From an uncultured virus (IMG/VR IMGVR_UViG_3300005253_002810) (taxonomy: Duplodnaviria > Heunggongvirae > Uroviricota > Caudoviricetes): DNA of 64,000 bases. Positions 48,760 through 56,635 of the stretch are shown here, piece by piece (the first letter of the stretch is position 1; the number at the start of each line of letters is the position of its first letter). Below the pieces are notes generated by a model. That model did no database searches and was not told the DNA's origin. It was given only the letters and a program-made list of their open reading frames with translations. The translations under genes were made by a program, and so were the position numbers. The DNA is taken from the IMG/VR virus record IMGVR_UViG_3300005253_002810; one strand, written 5' to 3'.

Positions 48760-49369
48760 AGAAAGAAAAGCAAAAGCAAAAACAACTAAGAGACCGGGAA
48801 GGCCAAGAAAAGTGGCAAAGAAGAAAGTTAAGAAAAAAGCCGTTAAGAAGAATGCTGCAAAAAAGAAGAAAGCGGTCAAAAAAATAGAGCCCCAAAATGC
48901 AATTAAAGAAGTAATAGCTGATCTTAAAGCATATGCTCTGGACCCAGAATCATCCTTACCTAGAAGTAGCATGGATGACTTCTTAGCCAACATGGATAAG
49001 ATTAAAAGAGAAGACCCTTTGGAGGCTAGAAATATAAAACATATAGCTAAGTCTGTAAGAAATGTGCGTAAGAAATTTGGCGTGATGGTGCACGAACCTG
49101 TGGGTCAAGATGATTTCTGGTCCGATCTTTCTGATCGCTTGACTGGTAATACATTAACGTTGAGCAAAGGTGGCAAAATTCGTGTTACCGATGTATTGGG
49201 AGTTGAAGTATTTGATGCCCTAGAAAAGCAGATATCCGAGGCCCATTTGGATTATATGCGAGCTAAGAGGCGCATGGTGCTACTCAACAAGCTAATGGAT
49301 TCTGCTTATGCACTTATAGATGAAAAGCTTAGTCCCATTTTAGCTCAAATTGCGGGAGATAATGTCTAA
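48746..49369 (+). CDS. Basic protein with AT-hook and histone H1-like Lys/Ala-rich N-terminus
   Basis: KRPGRPRK followed by VAKKKVKKKAVKKNAAKKKKAVKK; helical C-terminal domain. Confidence 0.6.
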   Translation: MVTTRERKAKAKTTKRPGRPRKVAKKKVKKKAVKKNAAKKKKAVKKIEPQNAIKEVIADLKAYALDPESSLPRSSMDDFLANMDKIKREDPLEARNIKHIAKSVRNVRKKFGVMVHEPVGQDDFWSDLSDRLTGNTLTLSKGGKIRVTDVLGVEVFDALEKQISEAHLDYMRAKRRMVLLNKLMDSAYALIDEKLSPILAQIAGDNV

Positions 49370-52300
49370 GAAAAAAGTGTTATGTACAGGCTCATGTGGT
49401 TTTATTTTTTCCAACTTTGTTAGGTTAGGAATAAGATATACAACAGATTACGCCTTTGTGAGTGTGGATAAGGTTGCCACTGCGCATAGTTTAAATAATG
49501 TCTATGCGCATAACAGGCATAAATTTCACCTCGCGGATGTGGCCGATGCTCATATAATGGATAAGATTTTCGAGCTTGAAAGGCCCGATATTGTAGTTCA
49601 TGGGGCGGCAGAAAGTGTCAGTGAAGATACTATAATTCCATATATGGGTCCTAAAAAAATAGAGCACATTGAAATTAGAGATTTATGGGATAGGTTTGAA
49701 AAAAGAAATGAACTAACCGAGGATTCATTTGAAAAAACTGTTGAGGTTATGAATTTAGATAGTGAGCAGCAGCGCGCCCTAACCATCAAAAATGGTTTTG
49801 GCCAATGGCGACAAATAAAACAAATTTCTAGACATTGGTATGATGGCCCTATGATTCGTATGGTGCAAAAATGGGGCGAGATTAACGTAACGCCAAATCA
49901 TTGTATTTACAACTCTAACATGTCGCTTGTTAAGCCATCTGAAGGCGTTGAACTGTTATCAATTCGCAATATTGAGCCATCACACTCGCTGAAAGATAAC
50001 ATTGATGAATTTGGAGAATTTCACTGGAAAACATCAATAGATGATTTGCTTTTTATGGTAGCATTTTATATTACCGAAGGATGGGCAAGTTTTAATAAAG
50101 CAAATGGTGGATACATTGTAGGGTTTTGTCAGAACGAACTAGAAGATGTAAAAAGGGTTTCTAATATTTTGAAAAGTAATTTTAACTTAAACACATATAT
50201 TAATAAAGCAAGAAAATGTAAATTTGTAACTGTTTCTAACAAAAAGTTGTTTGAAAACATTATAAAACTGTGTGGAAAAAATTCTGGCGCTAAGCGTTTG
50301 CCTAGCTTTATATTTACACTTAACAAAAATTTAAAGAAGAAGTTTATTGAATATCTTGTTTATTTTGATGGGCACAAATATACTGAAACAAACAAAAAAT
50401 ATACTACCAATAGTAGATTATTAGCAGCACAACTTTCAACTTTATTTTCTATGGTGGGTCAAAATTATTCTTATGGTAGAAAAATCCATAAGGAAAAAAA
50501 ATGGTCAGACAATTTTAATTTCCAATTATCAGACAAATATAATAAATTAAACAAGTCAAGATATGAGGAACATCATTACAAGGGGTGGGTATATGATTTG
50601 GAAATAGATGACACACATAAATTTGTGTGTGGGTTGGGTAATGTGGTAGTGCATAATAGTCATGTTGATGACTCAATAGCCTCAGCTAATCCCTTTATAA
50701 TGTCCAATGTTTTGGGAACACAAGTAATTGCTGATGCCTGCGTTAAGCATAAAGTGGAGCGCCTCATCTATATATCATGTTATGATAGTATGACAAGAGC
50801 TGTTACCAGGGGTGGTTTGAAATATTGGCATGAGCTTAATGTTGGAGATTCAGTATTATCAATAAATCCAAGTACGGGTAATGTTGAAGAAAAGAAAATA
50901 AATAAAATTATAGTTCAGGACTATAATGGTAAAATGATGCGCTTTAAAAGCGAAAGATCTGATTTTTGTGTTACGCCTAATCATAGATGCATTTATACAG
51001 ATCATGCAACCAAACAGGATTCTAAACTATATTGGTCGTCAGCTGAAGGCCTTTTTAATTCTAAAAATAAGTACCTACCAACTGGCAAGCTGTGTAGCAG
51101 CACGAATCAAAATAGTACTATAAATGTTAATGGTGTGGGCGAAGTAGATGCCAGTGCATTGTTTTATATATGTGGTGTTTTTATTGCTGATGGATTTAAC
51201 GCTTACCAAGAAAAGAAAATTCCAAACAAAACAGGTCTTGATAGGCATGATTTTCTTACCAAATGCAGGGACTCTAAAACTGGGAAATTCATTAAAACTG
51301 GCAAGGTTGGCGATAATGAAACAACCACTTGTCATTCTTATAGGATATTTTTTGATGTACCACAAAATGATAAAGCCAGAGATAGGTTGGAAAGCTGTTT
51401 AAAGTTAGTTGGAATTAAGTTTTATTCACATAAAAATAAATCTGGTGAACATATTTATTTTTCTTCAAAAGAGTGGATGGGGTTTTTTAAGCAATTTGGA
51501 TACCTAGCTAAAAATAAACAAATTCCTGAACGGGTTTTTAATTATAACTACAACTTATTACTTTCTTTGTGGGAAGGTATTCATGATGGTGATGGTCATG
51601 GTAATAATATTAGCGGTAGAACAGTTAATATAACCACTGTCTCAGATATGCTGGCTGGGCAGCTTTGTTATTTGGGCGCCTGCATTGGGTTTACAAGCAA
51701 AATAAAAAAGAAACATTCAATTTCTTTTTTGGATGGCAGAAAGATTGAAGGAGACTCCAATGTTGTGTATTTTTCACAGGTTAGAAGGCCAAAAATAAGC
51801 AAACCAACAGAAATTGATTATTCTGGCAAAATTTGGTGCCTATCTGTTGAGGATAATAAAAACTTCTTAACAGAAAGAAATGGCTATATAACATATAGTG
51901 GCAATACAGATGAAGTGTATGGTCAATTAGGTAAAGATGATGATCCATGGACAGAGAATGGCAGGTTAAGTCCGCGCAATCCATATTCTGCCTCAAAAGC
52001 TGCTGGCGAACTAATCGTTAAAGCAACAAGTCAAACGCATGGATTGAAGTATAACATTACACGGTCATGTAACAATTATGGCCCAAGACAGTCAGCTAAG
52101 AATTTAGTCCCTAAGATCATAAGGAACATTCTTCATAAAAAGCCAGTTCCCATTTATGGAACAGGAAATCAATTAAGAGAATGGATTCATGTTGCAGATA
52201 ATTGCTTTGCAGTTTTGAAGATATTAGAGAGCGCTCTGCCTAACGAAACATATAATATTTCTGCCGGACACGAAATAAGCAATTTAGAAATGTTTCACAA

Positions 52301-52511
52301 CATTTGCAATATAATGGGTGTAGGCCAAGAAGGACATGATTTATTAACTTTTGTCGAGGATAGAAAAGGTCATGATTTTCGATATTCGGTAGACTATTCT
52401 AAAATAAAATCAATAGGATGGGAACCAAAATTCAGGTTCAAAAAGGGGCTTAATCAATGCATAAATTGGTATCTAAGAAACCCCTGGTTCTTTAGGACTA
52501 GTAGCGCCTAA
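49362..52511 (+). CDS. rfbB: dTDP-glucose 4,6-dehydratase interrupted by two inteins
   Basis: Exteins give TGSCGFIFSN, HGAAE|SHVD, YIS|TDEVYG, PYSASKA, NNYGPRQ, REWIHVAD, DRKGHDFRY. Spliced product about 325 aa. Confidence 0.93.
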   Translation: MSKKKVLCTGSCGFIFSNFVRLGIRYTTDYAFVSVDKVATAHSLNNVYAHNRHKFHLADVADAHIMDKIFELERPDIVVHGAAESVSEDTIIPYMGPKKIEHIEIRDLWDRFEKRNELTEDSFEKTVEVMNLDSEQQRALTIKNGFGQWRQIKQISRHWYDGPMIRMVQKWGEINVTPNHCIYNSNMSLVKPSEGVELLSIRNIEPSHSLKDNIDEFGEFHWKTSIDDLLFMVAFYITEGWASFNKANGGYIVGFCQNELEDVKRVSNILKSNFNLNTYINKARKCKFVTVSNKKLFENIIKLCGKNSGAKRLPSFIFTLNKNLKKKFIEYLVYFDGHKYTETNKKYTTNSRLLAAQLSTLFSMVGQNYSYGRKIHKEKKWSDNFNFQLSDKYNKLNKSRYEEHHYKGWVYDLEIDDTHKFVCGLGNVVVHNSHVDDSIASANPFIMSNVLGTQVIADACVKHKVERLIYISCYDSMTRAVTRGGLKYWHELNVGDSVLSINPSTGNVEEKKINKIIVQDYNGKMMRFKSERSDFCVTPNHRCIYTDHATKQDSKLYWSSAEGLFNSKNKYLPTGKLCSSTNQNSTINVNGVGEVDASALFYICGVFIADGFNAYQEKKIPNKTGLDRHDFLTKCRDSKTGKFIKTGKVGDNETTTCHSYRIFFDVPQNDKARDRLESCLKLVGIKFYSHKNKSGEHIYFSSKEWMGFFKQFGYLAKNKQIPERVFNYNYNLLLSLWEGIHDGDGHGNNISGRTVNITTVSDMLAGQLCYLGACIGFTSKIKKKHSISFLDGRKIEGDSNVVYFSQVRRPKISKPTEIDYSGKIWCLSVEDNKNFLTERNGYITYSGNTDEVYGQLGKDDDPWTENGRLSPRNPYSASKAAGELIVKATSQTHGLKYNITRSCNNYGPRQSAKNLVPKIIRNILHKKPVPIYGTGNQLREWIHVADNCFAVLKILESALPNETYNISAGHEISNLEMFHNICNIMGVGQEGHDLLTFVEDRKGHDFRYSVDYSKIKSIGWEPKFRFKKGLNQCINWYLRNPWFFRTSSA
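49614..50657 (+). mobile_element. Intein 1 of RmlB (348 aa, Ser-initiated, LAGLIDADG endonuclease)
   Basis: Starts SVSEDTII; VTPNH; FYITEG and YLVYFDG endonuclease motifs; ends VYDLEIDDTHKFVCGLGNVVVHN|S. Confidence 0.92.
50778..51905 (+). mobile_element. Intein 2 of RmlB (376 aa, LAGLIDADG endonuclease)
   Basis: Starts CYDSMTRAVT; VTPNH; GVFIADG and GIHDGDG motifs; ends IWCLSVEDNKNFLTERNGYITYSGN|T. Confidence 0.92.
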
Positions 52512-52535
52512 GTAGCTGAAAAATATAGGAAAATT

Positions 52536-53924
52536 ATGTCAGTTAAAACAGAAGAAGTAGAACAAACACAAGAAAAAATAGTAGATGATTTAGCGGAGCA
52601 TGTAGTGGTATCTGAACCAGTTACACCCGCAGTAGATGCCGACAAACTAGCATTCCTTAAGGCTCAAATGGTGGCCAAACAAGTTAAGGTAGAGGAGCCC
52701 AAAATGCCCCCACGTATTATAGAGAAGAAAAGACGTACTCTAAATTTGGGGATAGTTGGCTCTGGACAAGCAGGCTCACGACTGGCAGAGTCATTTCATG
52801 GCCTAGGATATGGGACTGTTGTAATTAATACGGCTATACAGGATTTAGAGAATATTAATGTGCCAGAAATCAACAAGGTCCTATTAAACTATGGACTTGG
52901 TGGTGCTAGTAAAGATCCACAAATCGGTCATGAGGCGGCACAAATGCATAAAGATCTAATTCGAGTAAGAATTAGAGATCTCTTACCGGATGCACAGGTA
53001 TATGTATTTTGTACATCTCTAGGTGGCGGCTCGGGTGGTGGGTCGATTGAGACTATAGTAGATGTTTTGAGCGATTTAGGCGCTGAGACGGGCATTCCGC
53101 TAGTTGTTATTACAGTGTTACCTATGACAAATGAAGATGCGCAGACAAAGAAGAACTCATTGGAGGCATTGTCCAAACTGTCTAAAGAAGTACGGGCGGG
53201 TAGAGTTCATAACCTTATTGTGGTTGATAATGCAAAGATTGAAACCATCTTTAGCGACGTCGGGCCAATGGAATTCTATAAGGTTAGTAATCAGGCTATA
53301 GTAGATCCTTTAGATGTATTCAATACATATTCGTCTATTCCATCTAATGTTAAATCGTTAGATCCGATGGAGTTTACAAAGATTCTCATTAGTGGAGGCG
53401 GCCTTAGTCTTTATGGCTCAATGACCGTATCTAACTATCAAGATGATGTAGCGCTAGCTGATGCTGTTATCAATAATCTTACCTCAGGACTTCTTGCAGA
53501 GGGTTTTGATCTTAAACAAACTCAGTATTGTGGTGTAATGTTTTTAGCTAACAAGAAGGTGTGGTCAGAAATGCCATCTTCAAGCATTCATTATGCTATG
53601 GCAATGGTTCAGGACCATGCAGGTACACCTCAAGGCACTTTCCGAGGCATTTATGAAGCTGATATTAAGGAAGATGTAGTAAAGGTTTATTCTTTCTTTA
53701 GCGGTTTGGCACTTCCCGATTCTAGGGTAGAAGAACTTAAGGCAGAGGTTGCCGCCCAGCTTGTAACCATCAAAGAGAAAACAGAGAAGCGTAATCTTAA
53801 TCTATCAATTGACACTGGAACAACCACCGCGGTGTCGGAGGCTGACAATGTTAGAACCATAATTAAGGATAAGCACTCGATATTTGGTCGGTTTAAGAAG
53901 GGCGTTGTAGATAAGCGCAAATAG
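52536..53924 (+). CDS. Tubulin/FtsZ-family GTPase (PhuZ/TubZ/CetZ-like)
   Basis: GIVGSGQAGSRLA, VINT, GLGGASKDPQIG, SLGGGSGGG signature loop, VVDNAK, LDPMEF. Confidence 0.9.
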   Translation: MSVKTEEVEQTQEKIVDDLAEHVVVSEPVTPAVDADKLAFLKAQMVAKQVKVEEPKMPPRIIEKKRRTLNLGIVGSGQAGSRLAESFHGLGYGTVVINTAIQDLENINVPEINKVLLNYGLGGASKDPQIGHEAAQMHKDLIRVRIRDLLPDAQVYVFCTSLGGGSGGGSIETIVDVLSDLGAETGIPLVVITVLPMTNEDAQTKKNSLEALSKLSKEVRAGRVHNLIVVDNAKIETIFSDVGPMEFYKVSNQAIVDPLDVFNTYSSIPSNVKSLDPMEFTKILISGGGLSLYGSMTVSNYQDDVALADAVINNLTSGLLAEGFDLKQTQYCGVMFLANKKVWSEMPSSSIHYAMAMVQDHAGTPQGTFRGIYEADIKEDVVKVYSFFSGLALPDSRVEELKAEVAAQLVTIKEKTEKRNLNLSIDTGTTTAVSEADNVRTIIKDKHSIFGRFKKGVVDKRK

Positions 53925-53978
53925 CCAGCTCTATTTGGAGACAACTTAACGCCCCCATTTGGGTGCGACAGTGTAGTT

Positions 53979-55436
53979 ATGTCTAGGATAATTGTAGGAA
54001 ATACTCTATGTACAATTGAAGAGGAGGAAGATATTATTTTTCTTCGCGCTCTTGATAGAGAACTATCTTTTAAGGTACAAGGGGCCGAACATACAAAAGT
54101 TTACAAGCTCGGTAAGTGGGACGGTATACGCAGAATTATGTCTCGGAACTTAACGTTCCCCTATGGTCTTTTGGATCGGGTTAGAAAGTTTTATCTTCAA
54201 CACAATAAAGTAGTTGATATTGATAATCGCAGACCATTAAAATCAGTGGCAGAACCTATCAGTATATACAATAGGCTAGTTGAAATGGGCAAAGAACCCT
54301 ACGACTATCAGATTGAAACGGCCAATGTCACCAACCATAATGACTGTGGCATAATTAGGGCGGCAACGGGCTCGGGCAAAACCTTGATAGCAGCCCTAAT
54401 GACGGCACAATTCGGTAAGAGTACTATCATTTATGTTATTGGTAAAGATTTGCTGTATCAATTGCACAGGTTCCTAGCTGAAGTTTTCCAAATGGACATA
54501 GGTATTGTTGGTGATGGTCTATGCGAGATTAGAGATATTAACGTTGTCAGTGTATGGACTGTGGGGCAGGCTTTGGGCATGAAGAAGTCAGCCATTATTA
54601 CAGATGGCGCTTCTGATGAGACATCAATAGACCACTCCAAGTATGTCGACATACTTCGAATGATGAAATCGGTTAAGGTTCACATATTCGATGAGTGTCA
54701 CCTGGCTGCTTGCGATACTATACAAGAGATATCTAGGAACATCAATCCTGAGCATCTTTATGGTATGTCTGCTAGCCCGTGGCGTGATGATAATGCTGAC
54801 TTGCTGATTGAGTCAATTTTCGGTTCCAAGATAGTTGATATTCCTGCAAGCCAATTAATTGAAGGAGGCTATTTAGTTCAGCCAATTATTAAGTTTATCA
54901 AGGTCAATCAAAAAAGGTATCCAAAGGCAACTAAATATCCTACAGTATATAAAGATTACATTATAGAAAATGATGAGCGCAACGGTCATATAATAACCGG
55001 GTCTCGCAGATTAGTCGAGCAGGGGTATCAGACGCTGGTGCTATATAGCAGGTTAGCTCATGGCAAATATCTTCACAAGGAGATATCAAAATCAATGCCA
55101 TGCATGTTGCTGAGCGGTAAAGATTCCTCTAAGGTAAGGGATGAAGCAAAAGCGAAGCTGGAGGGCGGTGATATTAACTGTATAGTTGCCTCAACTATAT
55201 TTGACATTGGTGTCGATTTGCCGAGCTTGTCGGGGCTTATAATAGCTAGTGGGGGGAAGTCGTCAGTAAGAGCATTACAGCGCGTAGGGCGAGTCATAAG
55301 AAAGCATCCGGGCAAGCAATATGCAGCTATACTGGATTTCTTAGACCAAGCTAAGTTTTTAAAGTCTCACTCGACAATAAGATATAAGGTATATGCAAGT
55401 GAAAAGGGATTTGATGTAAAATGGCCAAAGAGTTAG
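53979..55436 (+). CDS. Superfamily 2 helicase (UvsW/XPB-like)
   Basis: ATGSGKT, DECH, SASP, FDIGVDLP, QRVGRVIR motifs. Confidence 0.92.
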   Translation: MSRIIVGNTLCTIEEEEDIIFLRALDRELSFKVQGAEHTKVYKLGKWDGIRRIMSRNLTFPYGLLDRVRKFYLQHNKVVDIDNRRPLKSVAEPISIYNRLVEMGKEPYDYQIETANVTNHNDCGIIRAATGSGKTLIAALMTAQFGKSTIIYVIGKDLLYQLHRFLAEVFQMDIGIVGDGLCEIRDINVVSVWTVGQALGMKKSAIITDGASDETSIDHSKYVDILRMMKSVKVHIFDECHLAACDTIQEISRNINPEHLYGMSASPWRDDNADLLIESIFGSKIVDIPASQLIEGGYLVQPIIKFIKVNQKRYPKATKYPTVYKDYIIENDERNGHIITGSRRLVEQGYQTLVLYSRLAHGKYLHKEISKSMPCMLLSGKDSSKVRDEAKAKLEGGDINCIVASTIFDIGVDLPSLSGLIIASGGKSSVRALQRVGRVIRKHPGKQYAAILDFLDQAKFLKSHSTIRYKVYASEKGFDVKWPKS

Positions 55437-56026
55437 AATTTGACGAAGCTTATCTTAATCTGCTATCCAAGCCTTGGCGCAAGTTTTTTAAGAAATTTGC
55501 CGAGATAGAGACATTACCTAATTCTGAATGGAAACCAGTACACCAGCTTGCCCATTTCTCTCTAAGATATGCGCGGCATTTTGGTAAGCGTTTTTCCGTC
55601 TCTATAAAAGGCGCTCCTTGCAGATGTACTGAGGTATATATGTTAAAAAGGATAGGCGGCATGCTAAGCACATCAAACCAGAAAACGCTTCGTGAATATA
55701 TAGATTGGGTATTCGACACTAAGATTATTCCAAGCAAGCGTAAGATACGATCACTAGGATTCTTTGCTAATACTAATTTTTGCAACGAATTCCATATGTA
55801 TATTGCTGAAAAGAATAGGATTTATAGACACACAGAGCTTCCCAAGGAATACAAGCAAATTGCAGAATCATTAGATATTCCCGCTAGTACATTTGGAGAT
55901 TTAGCCTTTGCAAAAGGAGCTATCGATATGAGTGGGGACACTGACTCTGTAGTAACTTACCGAACATTATTTAATGAGCTTTATAAAATTGGATTCGAGT
56001 TTGAAATGATAAAGGATTTGAGATGA
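55421..56026 (+). CDS. Hypothetical protein in replication module
   Basis: 201-aa ORF overlapping the helicase end; no motif recognised. Confidence 0.55.
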   Translation: MAKELEFDEAYLNLLSKPWRKFFKKFAEIETLPNSEWKPVHQLAHFSLRYARHFGKRFSVSIKGAPCRCTEVYMLKRIGGMLSTSNQKTLREYIDWVFDTKIIPSKRKIRSLGFFANTNFCNEFHMYIAEKNRIYRHTELPKEYKQIAESLDIPASTFGDLAFAKGAIDMSGDTDSVVTYRTLFNELYKIGFEFEMIKDLR

Positions 56027-56214
56027 CTATGTATCCCAATTTTGATGATCTCATAAATGAGATATTTGGTGACTATAATCCTCCCGAGGATAAGGTAAAG
56101 AAAACAAATAAAGACGGAATGACATGCACTAAGTGCAATACTATAAATGAATACGTAACGGAGTCCAATCAAGATGATGGAACATATGTCTGCTATAAAT
56201 GTAGGAAGTTTTAA
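56023..56214 (+). CDS. Small zinc-ribbon protein
   Basis: CTKC...CYKC motif pair. Confidence 0.6.
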   Translation: MTMYPNFDDLINEIFGDYNPPEDKVKKTNKDGMTCTKCNTINEYVTESNQDDGTYVCYKCRKF

Positions 56215-56635
56215 CAACAAGCACATCAAAGTTATTTTTAACAACGGAATGACGTGTGAAGGCCGGGTTATTTTATGGGGTGATGGCCGCTCTGTATTGA
56301 TCGATGAGGAAAGCGGAAGCCTTCTATATATCTACAACACTAAAGAAAATGTGATGTTGGTTAAAGTGCCTGATGAGAAGATTAAGCACCCAAGTCCGGG
56401 CCCTACTGTTGAGGCGGTTGATGTCAAAAGACCTCCAGCTGTCGTGACTCCATTTACTGAACAGCCTACCAAACTGGACTATGAATCAGACCCTAATTTA
56501 CGTCTAAAGAAGCTAGTAGCGTTAAAGGACATGCAACGTACCGCGATGAAGGACGTATTCACAAAACGCTTAAAAACCTTCACTCCAACCCATGCAATGC
56601 CAGCATATTATGACACGCCAAATTTCACGAAGTGA
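56174..56635 (+). CDS. Hypothetical protein, N-terminus possibly Sm/LSm-like
   Basis: KHIKVIFNNGMTCEGRVILW resembles an Sm1 motif; Pro-rich linker. The true start may be the internal Met of MSAIN. Confidence 0.45.
   Translation: MMEHMSAINVGSFNNKHIKVIFNNGMTCEGRVILWGDGRSVLIDEESGSLLYIYNTKENVMLVKVPDEKIKHPSPGPTVEAVDVKRPPAVVTPFTEQPTKLDYESDPNLRLKKLVALKDMQRTAMKDVFTKRLKTFTPTHAMPAYYDTPNFTK

Noticed and set aside
26090..52511. Host O-antigen/capsule locus or chimeric assembly
   Set aside because: No flippase, polymerase or transporter is present. The genes are coupled to phage-type neighbours and carry phage-type inteins and endonuclease remnants.
53925..53978. Possible hairpin (CGCCCCCATTTGGGTGCG) after the tubulin gene
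   Set aside because: The stem is imperfect and there is no U-tract, so it is not supportable as a terminator.
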